Of a stretch of DNA of 64,000 bases, positions 29,197 to 37,971 are shown piece after piece (positions within the stretch are counted from its first letter, which is position 1; every line of letters starts with the position of its first letter). The notes beneath the pieces are model-generated. The model was not told where the DNA came from. It saw only the letters and a list, made by a program, of their open reading frames with translations, and did not search any database. The stretch lies in contig JAVHQC010000006.1 of assembly GCA_036170915.1 (NCBI GenBank), forward strand, positions 201,987-265,986, read 5' to 3'. Source of the DNA: Cyanobacteria bacterium auto_48_18 (lineage in GTDB: Bacteria; Cyanobacteriota; Vampirovibrionia; Obscuribacterales; Obscuribacteraceae). A program made the translations under genes and the position numbers.

Positions 29197-30153
29197 ATGA
29201 ATAGCATTCGCAAACTAACTATGCGTTTACCGGGTAGCACCACTAATTTGGGGCCTGGCTTCGATACTCTGGGTTTAGCTTTAGGTGTCTATACTACGGT
29301 CACTTTCGAAATTGTCTCTGAGAATGCCAAACAAGCACTGATTTCTCTACAGGGGCCTGTGGCTCAAGGTCTCAGTGCCACTAAAGAGAATCTGATTTAC
29401 AAAGTCTTCCGCGATAATTTCGCAGGCGGTAGCAGCGATACGACTGCCGGTGCAAACATAATTGAGCGCATGCGCATCACTATTGAAACGGACATTCCTC
29501 TAGCTCGCGGCCTGGGAAGCAGTAGTACGGCCATTTTAGCGGCCTTGTGGGCAGCCCAGACATTCAGCAGCTCCGCTCCGCCGGATAGGGATCAGATTTT
29601 GGCCGATGCAGCCAGATTGGAAGGGCACCCTGATAATGTCGCCGCTTGTTTAATGGGTGGATTTATTATTTCTGGTTACACGCAAAAGGGTCAGCGCGCC
29701 TTGACCTCACGACTCGACTGGCCCGACAAATGGCACACTCTAGTAGTGGTACCTCCGTATGAATTATCAACGGCCGAAGCCAGGAGGGTGCTTCCTCGCC
29801 GTGTGGAAATGGTGCAAGCGGTCAATAACATTCAACGTACAGGCCTCCTTATTGCCGCGGTGGTAAAAGGCGACGACGATATTCTCAAAGAGGCGCTCAG
29901 TGATCAGTTGCATGAGCCCTATCGCATACATTTGGTGCCGGAGTTGGCGGACTTGCGCCGCGATCTGCTTACTATGCCGGTTTTAGGCTGCGTATTGAGT
30001 GGTGCCGGCTCGTCGACTCTAATTTTGGTGCACGAAAAACACAAAACTGAAGTCAAAACCTATTTAGATGACTGGGCCCAAAAACGTCAGCAGAAGCCGA
30101 GAATATTAGATTTAACCGTAGATAAAAAAGGTCTGGTGGCCAGTTATGAATAA
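29197..30153 (+). CDS. thrB: Homoserine kinase
   Basis: NLGPGFDTLG, IPLARGLGSSS, EGHPDN, LSGAGS. Confidence 0.96.
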   Translation: MNSIRKLTMRLPGSTTNLGPGFDTLGLALGVYTTVTFEIVSENAKQALISLQGPVAQGLSATKENLIYKVFRDNFAGGSSDTTAGANIIERMRITIETDIPLARGLGSSSTAILAALWAAQTFSSSAPPDRDQILADAARLEGHPDNVAACLMGGFIISGYTQKGQRALTSRLDWPDKWHTLVVVPPYELSTAEARRVLPRRVEMVQAVNNIQRTGLLIAAVVKGDDDILKEALSDQLHEPYRIHLVPELADLRRDLLTMPVLGCVLSGAGSSTLILVHEKHKTEVKTYLDDWAQKRQQKPRILDLTVDKKGLVASYE

Positions 30154-31432
30154 TGCCGAAGTAATTGCAGCAAGCGGCAAAACAGTGGTATCCGAAGCAG
30201 GCAAGCTTTCAGTGTCTGTGCTGAAATTCGGAGGCACGTCAGTTAAGAATCTTGCTCGTATTCAACACGTAGCAGAAGTTGTTAGAGACAGGCTGAAAGT
30301 CGGTGCGAAAATTTTAGTAGTGGTTTCAGCTATGGGAGACACTACTGACTATCTACTCAAGCTCGGCAGCCAGTGTGCCAAGAATCCTGATCGTCGCGAA
30401 CTCGATTCTCTGTTATCTACGGGCGAACAGATTTCGATTACTCTTTTGGCCATGACTCTAAAAGAAATGGGAATCAAATCTCGCTCATTTACTGCCAGCC
30501 AAATTGGTATCTTCACTGAAAAGGTGCACAGCAAAGCCCGCATCGTCGATATTAACAGCGATAACTTGACTCGCGCTTTGCAAGAAAATGACGTTTTGGT
30601 GGTGGCTGGTTTTCAGGGTGTCACCGCGGATGGTGATATCACTACTCTCGGTCGAGGTGGCAGCGATACCACTGCGTGCGCTCTGGCAGCGGCTATCGGA
30701 GCCGATGTTTGTGATATTTATACCGATGTAGATGGCATTTACACTGCCGATCCTAATGTCATTGCCGAAGCCAGACTGCTAAAACGAGTCTCCTACGGCG
30801 AAGTGATCGAGATGGCCAGATTGGGTGCCCAGGTGCTGCATCCGCGCGCGGTGGAACTGGCGCGGCAATACAAAGTACGCATGCGCGTGCGCAATACATT
30901 TAAGCCTGACCATGAAGGCACAACCATTGATGGAGGGGAAGGGGAAAATATGGAAATCTACCGCAGCATTAGCGGCGTGGCTGTGGACAAAGATCAGTCA
31001 TGTGTGACGATTATGGATGTACCAGACAAACCCGGCATTGCAGGCCGAATTATGCAGGCCCTGGCCGATAGCAATATTGTCATTGATATGATCATGCAGG
31101 CCTTTCACCCAACTGCTGGACACAATAACATTACATTTACTGTGCACAGTACAGATCTTGATTTGACCATAAAAACCCTTGAAGGCATTAAAGACGATCT
31201 AGACGCCTCGTCGGTAATTTCTGACTCTGATATTGCCAAAGTCAGCTTAATTGGAGCCGGCCTGGCTGGCCAATCTGGCATTGCCGCTACCATTTTTAAA
31301 GCTTTCGGTTCAGCCGGTATCAATATCAAAATGATTGCCACCAGCGAAATGAAACTAACTTGCGTTGTCAGTGCAAAAGATGCTGATAAAGCAAGCAAGA
31401 TCATGCATAGCAGCTTTGGCGAAGAAGCTTAG
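30146..31432 (+). CDS. lysC: Aspartate kinase
   Basis: KFGGTSV, VVVSAMGDTTD, TTLGRGGSDTTA, two ACT domains. Confidence 0.96.
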   Translation: MNNAEVIAASGKTVVSEAGKLSVSVLKFGGTSVKNLARIQHVAEVVRDRLKVGAKILVVVSAMGDTTDYLLKLGSQCAKNPDRRELDSLLSTGEQISITLLAMTLKEMGIKSRSFTASQIGIFTEKVHSKARIVDINSDNLTRALQENDVLVVAGFQGVTADGDITTLGRGGSDTTACALAAAIGADVCDIYTDVDGIYTADPNVIAEARLLKRVSYGEVIEMARLGAQVLHPRAVELARQYKVRMRVRNTFKPDHEGTTIDGGEGENMEIYRSISGVAVDKDQSCVTIMDVPDKPGIAGRIMQALADSNIVIDMIMQAFHPTAGHNNITFTVHSTDLDLTIKTLEGIKDDLDASSVISDSDIAKVSLIGAGLAGQSGIAATIFKAFGSAGINIKMIATSEMKLTCVVSAKDADKASKIMHSSFGEEA

Positions 31433-31602
31433 GTCTACTGGCATTGCACTTACTCAAAGGCTTGCCATGAGGCAGGCTCGATGCAGATGCTTCGGATACT
31501 CAAGATTGAGATGCTTGGACTTTTACATAGTGAGCATTATAACGCTTGTCATGATGCTAGATTAATATCGGTTGTTCAGTTATTCCTCATAGAGCTTTTA
31601 TC

Positions 31603-32199
31603 ATGCACGATTGTCCTACCTGCAAAGTTCCGCTTCATGGTCATGAATTGGTCTGCCCTTCATGCGGGGCCAGACAAAGAGTGAAGCTTGGCTCGAGTAA
31701 GTTGTTCGGTGGTGAAAGTGCCGCACAGAAGCCAAAGATGAACCTCATGCCATTTGTGGTGGTCGGTCTGGTCACTCTCGGTATTGCTGGTTATTTATTG
31801 AAGGACAGCTGGGTTGGTCAATTGCTCACTCGTCCGCCACAGGTGGAAGATCCTATTGCCAAGATGACATATCTGGAGGCCCGTGATTTAGTCGAAAGTA
31901 AAATTACCGAAGGCGTAGCTGCCACCGGCGGTAAAACCACTTTTAAATGGAAGCGCGGTGGTGCCGACGTGGACAAAGCCAGTGAAGGTTCTGTAGAAGC
32001 GGAAGCCGAGGTAAATCTGGCCGATCCAAATACACACACTGCAATTGTTGATCCGGTTAAGCCATATTTTGAAAAAGCCGGCATCAAGACTTTCGAATTG
32101 AAAAATTTAGTCAACGGCAAAGTCAAACAAACATGGACTTCTACTGTTGCCCCAGGTGTCGCCGCGGACGGCGCTGCTCCGGCGGAACCGGCCCAGTAA
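31603..32199 (+). CDS. Zinc-ribbon, single-TM hypothetical protein
   Basis: CPTC...CPSCG then TM FVVVGLVTLGIAGYLL. Confidence 0.7.
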   Translation: MHDCPTCKVPLHGHELVCPSCGARQRVKLGSSKLFGGESAAQKPKMNLMPFVVVGLVTLGIAGYLLKDSWVGQLLTRPPQVEDPIAKMTYLEARDLVESKITEGVAATGGKTTFKWKRGGADVDKASEGSVEAEAEVNLADPNTHTAIVDPVKPYFEKAGIKTFELKNLVNGKVKQTWTSTVAPGVAADGAAPAEPAQ

Positions 32200-32244
32200 C
32201 ATCACGTTCTTTAATGGTCGTCTGCAGTTGCGGCGTAAGCCTGA

Positions 32245-33054
32245 TTATTTAGAAGGTGTTATCGAAACGGGTTGTGCTTGTGCGGCGATAGTCTTCTTCT
32301 TATTCCCGCCCAATAGGCCGCGAATAAATTTACCCAGCGGATCGTAAAACTCGTCAACCACGCGTTCTTTCAAAGGAATGATGGCGTTGTCGGTAATGTG
32401 AATGTCTTCGGGACAAACTTCAGTGCAGCATTTAGTGATGTTGCAATAGCCGATGTGCCCTTCATCTTTGAGATATTTGAGACGATTGGCTTCATCTAGA
32501 GGGTGCATCTCAAGGCCGGCTACGCGCACCATAAAGCGAGGCCCCATGAAATTGTCCTTGCGCTCGTGATCGCGCAGCACATGGCAAACATTCTGGCATA
32601 AGAAGCACTCGATGCATTTGCGAAACTCCTGCACGCGCTCAATGTCTTCTTGATAAATAGTCCAGTCAGCATCAGGCGATGGTGAGAAAGGAGTGATTTT
32701 TTTGTTCACCTCATAATTCCAGGACACATCGGTGACCAGGTCTTTGATGATGGGGAAAGTTTTGAGCGGTTGCACGCAAATTTCTTCGTCGTGTTTAAAC
32801 TGATCCATTCTCGATTTGCACATCAAGGATGGCATGCCGTTTACTTCGGCACTGCATGAGCCGCATTTGGCAGCTTTGCAATTCCAGCGCACACCGAGCT
32901 CAGGATCAAAATTCTGCTGAATATAGTGAATGGCATCAAGCACCACCATGCCTGCTTCCACCGGCACTTTATAAGATTGAAATTCACCTTTCTCTTTGGT
33001 GCCTCTATATACCTTGAGGGTCGCTTGCCGACCTGGGTTCGTAGGATCAGGCAT
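32245..33054 (-). CDS. sdhB: Succinate dehydrogenase/fumarate reductase iron-sulfur subunit
   Basis: CKAAKCGSC, CIECFLCQNVC, CNITKCCTEVCP. Confidence 0.95.
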   Translation of the reverse strand: MPDPTNPGRQATLKVYRGTKEKGEFQSYKVPVEAGMVVLDAIHYIQQNFDPELGVRWNCKAAKCGSCSAEVNGMPSLMCKSRMDQFKHDEEICVQPLKTFPIIKDLVTDVSWNYEVNKKITPFSPSPDADWTIYQEDIERVQEFRKCIECFLCQNVCHVLRDHERKDNFMGPRFMVRVAGLEMHPLDEANRLKYLKDEGHIGYCNITKCCTEVCPEDIHITDNAIIPLKERVVDEFYDPLGKFIRGLLGGNKKKTIAAQAQPVSITPSK

Positions 33055-34870
33055 TAACGGGCTCCTTTTTTACAAAAATTTCTTTCAAATCTTGTGGCAT
33101 CTCAGGCAGTGGAGTGTGCTCCAGTTTCATGTTGCCATTTTCATCTTTACTGCAAGACGAGTTTTTAGTGCCCCACTCTTTTTCAGTATTAGGAAAGTCG
33201 AGGCGGCTGTGAGCTCCACGACTTTCTTTGCGAGAGAGGGCACTGCGGGCGATGGCTTCAGAGCAAATCATCATGTTTCTCAAATCGCGGCACATGTGCC
33301 AACCAGGGTTGAAGGCTTTGCTGCCTTTGGCACCGGCTTTTTTGATCTCTTCCTTGAGTTCTTCAAGCTTGGCTACACCAATAGCCAGTTCACTTTCTTC
33401 ACGGAAAATGCCCACATAAGTGCCCATAATCTTGTTTAGTTCTTTGTGCACGTCATATGGGTTTTTTCCATCTTTGCGCAAGAATGGTTCTTCCATTTCG
33501 GCAATTGCAGCTTTGACATATTTGTCGTCTATTTTCAGGCTGCTTGGAACGGTTTTTGCATAGTCGGCAGCGGCTGCTCCAGCGCGTTTACCAAAGACCA
33601 CCAGATCAGAAAGCGAATTTCCGCCAAGTCTATTGGCACCGTGCATGCCACCGGAGCACTCTCCGGCCGCAAACAATCCAGGTACCCTGGTCATCTGAGT
33701 TTCGGCGTCGACTCTGATACCACCCATGGTGTAGTGCATGGTTGGTCCCACTTCCATGGGCCCGGCTGTAATGTCTACGTCTGCCAGGTCTTTAAATTGG
33801 TGATACATAGACGGCAGCTTCTTTTTCACTCGTTCAGAGTCTTGATAGCTGATATCGAGGAAGACACCACCGTGAGGTGAGCCGCGACCTTCTTTTACTT
33901 CGGTGTAAATGGCGCGGGCCACATTGTCACGAGTAGATAGCTCCGGCGGACGGCGAGCCTCAGTGCGGTTGCCGGCTAATGCGGCATTGACCCAGGTCAC
34001 TGCTTCCGCTTCGTCAGCAGCATAGTCATTTCTGGTTGCTTCAGGTAAATATTTGAACATGAAACGCTCACCGAGGCTATTGCGCAGAATGCCGCCTTCA
34101 CCACGGACGCCTTCAGTGACAAGAATGCCTCGCACGCCTGGGGGCCAGACCATGCCGGTTGGGTGGAATTGAATAAACTCCATATCGATTAATTCTGCGC
34201 CGGCGTCATAGGCCAGACCTTGACCGTCGCCAGTATATTCCCAGGAGTTTGAAGTAATCGTATAAGCTTTGCCAGTGCCGCCTGTGGCCAGCACAATGGC
34301 TTTGGCTTTGAACAAAATGTAGCGACCATCTTCGCGATAATAACCAAAAGCTCCGGCAATTTTGTCGCCATCTTTAATCAGTTCGGTAATGGTGCATTCC
34401 ATGTAGACTTCGATGCCCTGGTGCACGCCGCGGTCTTGCAGAGTGCGAATCATCTCGAGCCCCGTGCGGTCACCCACGTGGCAAAGGCGCTTCCAGGTGT
34501 GACCACCAAAAGCCCGTTGCAAAATTTTGCCGTCTTTAGTACGGTCGAAAACCGCGCCCCAACGCTCAAGTTCTTTCACTCGATCAGGAGCTTCTTGCGC
34601 ATGCAACTGAGCCATGCGCCAGTTGTTGAGCATTTTGCCACCATTCATGGTGTCTTTAAAGTGCGTTTGCCAGCCGTCTTTAGGGTCGACGTTAGCCAGG
34701 GCTGCCGCCACTCCGCCTTCGGCCATAACTGTATGCGCTTTGCCCAGTAATGATTTGCAAACCAGGCCGACGCTAACGCCTTGACCAGACGCTTCGATTG
34801 CCGCGCGCAAACCGGCACCACCAGCGCCTATTACCAATACATCGTGTTCTCTAGTTTCGTATTCAGTCAT
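33047..34870 (-). CDS. sdhA: Succinate dehydrogenase/fumarate reductase flavoprotein subunit
   Basis: GAGGAGLRAA, AHTVMAEGG, QFHPTG, HYTMGG, HGANRLGGNSL, ESRGAH; start at MTEYE. Confidence 0.95.
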   Translation of the reverse strand: MTEYETREHDVLVIGAGGAGLRAAIEASGQGVSVGLVCKSLLGKAHTVMAEGGVAAALANVDPKDGWQTHFKDTMNGGKMLNNWRMAQLHAQEAPDRVKELERWGAVFDRTKDGKILQRAFGGHTWKRLCHVGDRTGLEMIRTLQDRGVHQGIEVYMECTITELIKDGDKIAGAFGYYREDGRYILFKAKAIVLATGGTGKAYTITSNSWEYTGDGQGLAYDAGAELIDMEFIQFHPTGMVWPPGVRGILVTEGVRGEGGILRNSLGERFMFKYLPEATRNDYAADEAEAVTWVNAALAGNRTEARRPPELSTRDNVARAIYTEVKEGRGSPHGGVFLDISYQDSERVKKKLPSMYHQFKDLADVDITAGPMEVGPTMHYTMGGIRVDAETQMTRVPGLFAAGECSGGMHGANRLGGNSLSDLVVFGKRAGAAAADYAKTVPSSLKIDDKYVKAAIAEMEEPFLRKDGKNPYDVHKELNKIMGTYVGIFREESELAIGVAKLEELKEEIKKAGAKGSKAFNPGWHMCRDLRNMMICSEAIARSALSRKESRGAHSRLDFPNTEKEWGTKNSSCSKDENGNMKLEHTPLPEMPQDLKEIFVKKEPVNA

Positions 34871-34872
34871 AA

Positions 34873-35673
34873 TTAAAATATTTGAAATGCCAGGCTGGGA
34901 TTGACGCAGGTGTAACGGATATAAAGATCGGTAATTGCCACAGACATCAGTGAAGTCCAGGCCCATTGCTGGTGCCGCTCATTGAATTTAGTGACGAGTT
35001 GCCAGGCTTGAAAAGCCGGCTTCAGCTTCTGTTCGTTTTTAGGGCAAGAGAAACAATCTTCTTTACCGCCGACGATGTGGCGGCAGGCATGACAGCCAAA
35101 TGTGTAGCCTGAAAGCAGGATGCAATTAACAAACATGACTACGGTGAGCACACTCATGTGGAATGCGCCTTCATAGTAAACGGTGTTGAAAGCATCGACC
35201 CACAAAATCAGCAACACAGGCACAGCGAAGTAAAACGCATAGCGATGCAGATTTTGCAAAACGAATGGGAATGATTGTTCGCCGGTATAACCCTTACCTT
35301 TGAACATGCCCACTGTGCATGCCGGAGGATGCATGAAATACGACCGGTAATAAGCCTTGCGGTAGTAGTAGCAAGTGGCTCTAAACGACAGCGGAATCCA
35401 GAGAATCAAGAAAGCTGGTGAAAGAGGAAACCACGGTACATATTGCTTCAAGTTGGGCGAATAGAAGGGTGATAGATACGGACCAACTTCATAGAGATTA
35501 TTTTCAAAAGCACGGAACATGGAGTAAATGCCAAATGCCGTGAAAACAAAAGCGATTAATGCGGGCTCAACCCACCAGTTGTCTTTGCGTTCTGTGGGAC
35601 CTTGGTAGGCCGGCAATTCGTTGGATGTTGGCAGTTTGTTTTCAGGCAGATCTGTCAGTTGGGATTGGGTCAT
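34873..35673 (-). CDS. SDH membrane anchor of Mycobacterium Sdh1 (Rv0249c-like) type
   Basis: YLSPFYSP, FRATCYYYRKAYYRS, QNLHRY, GCHACRH, H..WAW; directly upstream of sdhA; start at MTQSQ. Confidence 0.8.
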   Translation of the reverse strand: MTQSQLTDLPENKLPTSNELPAYQGPTERKDNWWVEPALIAFVFTAFGIYSMFRAFENNLYEVGPYLSPFYSPNLKQYVPWFPLSPAFLILWIPLSFRATCYYYRKAYYRSYFMHPPACTVGMFKGKGYTGEQSFPFVLQNLHRYAFYFAVPVLLILWVDAFNTVYYEGAFHMSVLTVVMFVNCILLSGYTFGCHACRHIVGGKEDCFSCPKNEQKLKPAFQAWQLVTKFNERHQQWAWTSLMSVAITDLYIRYTCVNPSLAFQIF

Positions 35674-36228
35674 GAACGTTTTTCCTGGGATGCTTGGACC
35701 AGAGACTGGTTCGGCTAATGCTCGCAAGTGTTGATCGGAGCGCCTTATGCGGTCCACTATCGGACATAACAAATTATAGCGATCTGAAACTCGACTGACC
35801 CTTATTTCCTCTAATTTGAAGGCTTTATGCGAGCCAGAAATATTTGCATTTTCGGCGTTCAAGCGCCCGTGATCAGCCAGGGTTTTGAAACCTCGCGTTT
35901 TAGAGAGCTCGCTAATAGAAGTTATTCGCAATATTTATCATGCTTATAATCCGCTCATAATTGACGACTTGTAAAGCGATATTTTCGGGGGTATTCAATT
36001 GCCTTGAGGCTGGCTGGGAAGTTCTGCCGATATCGCTCAAGCCGTATAAGCAGGCAAGTAAAGCCTAAGCGGCAAATCCGAATTGCAGGTGGGAACCTCG
36101 TCGCAAAGCTGGCGTCTCTTATTACGTCAGCGAATTTGTTGCTCTTTAGTGGCCTAAATTCTTGTCGTTGGCAGTGGTTTAACCACGAGGTTGAACAGTT
36201 GTGTCGAACAGTTGTAAGGAGCGCTTCT

Positions 36229-36516
36229 ATGGACGCCAAAGTTCGCAAGCCCAGAAATAAGAAAAGGAACGAAGTCTACGTGCAGGCTGACGCGAAATCA
36301 CTTGAGCGCATTGCCATTACTCAAAGGCTTGATGATGCGATTCCACTCAATACTGATGAATGGCAGAAAGTTGAACAGATGCTGATGCGTTTGACTGAAT
36401 TTGCGCCTTCAGACCTTTTAATGGAAGTGGCCAGTGCAGTTGCCTTCTACGCTGACGATCAAGCGCGACGAGGCTATATACTTGGCGCCGCTGATTCGTG
36501 TAAATTGGTGGCTTAA
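36229..36516 (+). CDS. Small hypothetical protein (paralogue of 15139..15396)
   Basis: AAGGAG RBS before ATG; conserved blocks shared with the first copy. Confidence 0.85.
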   Translation: MDAKVRKPRNKKRNEVYVQADAKSLERIAITQRLDDAIPLNTDEWQKVEQMLMRLTEFAPSDLLMEVASAVAFYADDQARRGYILGAADSCKLVA

Positions 36517-36549
36517 CACCAATTTGTTCAATCAGGATTTTAGAAATAG

Positions 36550-37041
36550 ATGCTTCAGGTCCTTCCGGCCCAGTTTAAAAATTGCCAGGCTATATCCAAC
36601 ATCTATAACTATTATGTTGAAAATTCAACGGCTACATTCGCATTAGAAAATGAAACCCTAGCTGAGCGTGAACTCTGGTTCAGACAACATTTTGAAGCGG
36701 GCCTACCGGTCTTCGTCGCTGAGCTGGAAGGTAGCATAATCGGCTTTGCCTCGCTCTCGTTTTACCACCAACGTTGCGCTTACAATAAAACTGTAGAAGC
36801 GTCGATTTATATTGACCACAATTTTCTTCAGCGCGGATTCGGTCGGGCTTTGATGGAACAACTGATGACAGCTGCCGCAGGATGCGGGTATCATGCGATT
36901 CTAGGCTTAATCTGCAGTGAAAATGTTGGCAGTATCAAACTGATGCGGCAATTTGGCTTCGAAGATGTTGGCTGTTTGCGCGAGGTCGGCAACAAATTTG
37001 ACCGGTGGTTAGACGTGCAGCTATTACAAAAAATCTTGTAG
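36550..37041 (+). CDS. GNAT N-acetyltransferase (YncA/Pat family)
   Basis: IYNYYVENSTATF, VEASIY, QRGFG, VGNKFDRWLD. Confidence 0.92.
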   Translation: MLQVLPAQFKNCQAISNIYNYYVENSTATFALENETLAERELWFRQHFEAGLPVFVAELEGSIIGFASLSFYHQRCAYNKTVEASIYIDHNFLQRGFGRALMEQLMTAAAGCGYHAILGLICSENVGSIKLMRQFGFEDVGCLREVGNKFDRWLDVQLLQKIL

Positions 37042-37061
37042 ATCAGAAATAAAGACACTAC

Positions 37062-37940
37062 ATGCCACTTAAGAAATCCAAAAATCTACTTTATTTGTTG
37101 CTAGCACCACTCGCTTATGTGCTTTTGTCGCCTCGCGTGAACAAACGCCTCTATCGACCGCTGCTGTTTCGCCCTCAGGCGTATCCCAGTACGGATGGCG
37201 ATCATTTGCCCATAGCCATGGGTGTCATACCAGACGAGCTCTATTTCAATAGCTACGGCACGTTGGCAAGCAAGGAGACCTTGCATGGTTGGCATTTTCA
37301 GCATCCTAATGCCGACGCTCCGCTAGTGCTCTTCAGTCACGGGAATTCTGGAAATATCACCATTCGTGCGGCTTTGTGCGAAATGCTACTTGAAAGTGGT
37401 GCCTCGGTTTTTGTCTATGATTATCGCGGTTTTGGAAAGAGTACTGGCATACCAAATGTCGAAGGAGTCTGCCAGGATGGTCTGGCAGCCTATGATTTTG
37501 TTGTGAATAAATTTTCGCTGCCGCCAGAGAAGATATTTTTATACGGTGAATCACTCGGTGCGGCCATTAGCTCTTACATCGCCAGCCAGAGAAAATCTGC
37601 AGGGCTGATTTTGCAGTCTGGCTACAGCTCTTTACGCAATATTGCCGGTGAAACGGTACGCGCACTGAATTTGTATCCGTCGTGGCTATTTCCTATGCCC
37701 GGTAAAAATAGTCGTGAAATTCTTTCGGTGGCGCATCCACCGCTGTTGATTATTCATGGTGAGCTTGACACAGTCGTGGCTTTCCACCATGCCCAGACTC
37801 TTTTTGACTCGGCGTCTCAACCCAAGCAGCTGCTCGCGTTGCCAGCCAGCGCCCACTCAGATTTGATCACAACCAGCCGTGAGTTGGTCACCGAAACTCT
37901 AACTGATTTTTTTACTCGCTCTACGGCCGTTGCATCTTAA
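37062..37940 (+). CDS. Alpha/beta hydrolase
   Basis: HGNSGN, YDYRGFGKSTG, GESLG, HGELD, H. Confidence 0.92.
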   Translation: MPLKKSKNLLYLLLAPLAYVLLSPRVNKRLYRPLLFRPQAYPSTDGDHLPIAMGVIPDELYFNSYGTLASKETLHGWHFQHPNADAPLVLFSHGNSGNITIRAALCEMLLESGASVFVYDYRGFGKSTGIPNVEGVCQDGLAAYDFVVNKFSLPPEKIFLYGESLGAAISSYIASQRKSAGLILQSGYSSLRNIAGETVRALNLYPSWLFPMPGKNSREILSVAHPPLLIIHGELDTVVAFHHAQTLFDSASQPKQLLALPASAHSDLITTSRELVTETLTDFFTRSTAVAS

Positions 37941-37971
37941 GTCAGCAACTGTCGCTTAAAGACAGCTAAAT

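Noticed and set aside
34871..35931. Upstream extensions of sdhA (to 34966) and the anchor (to 35931)
   Set aside because: The sdhA extension overlaps the anchor gene, and both look non-homologous; internal ATGs are preferred
36068..36131. GGCAAATCCG...CGCAAAGC resembling a c-di-GMP-I riboswitch
   Set aside because: No GNRA-capped P2 stem or correct spacing could be built; needs an Rfam scan
36004..36228. N-terminal extension of the 170-aa ORF
   Set aside because: The RBS and paralogue alignment place the start at 36229
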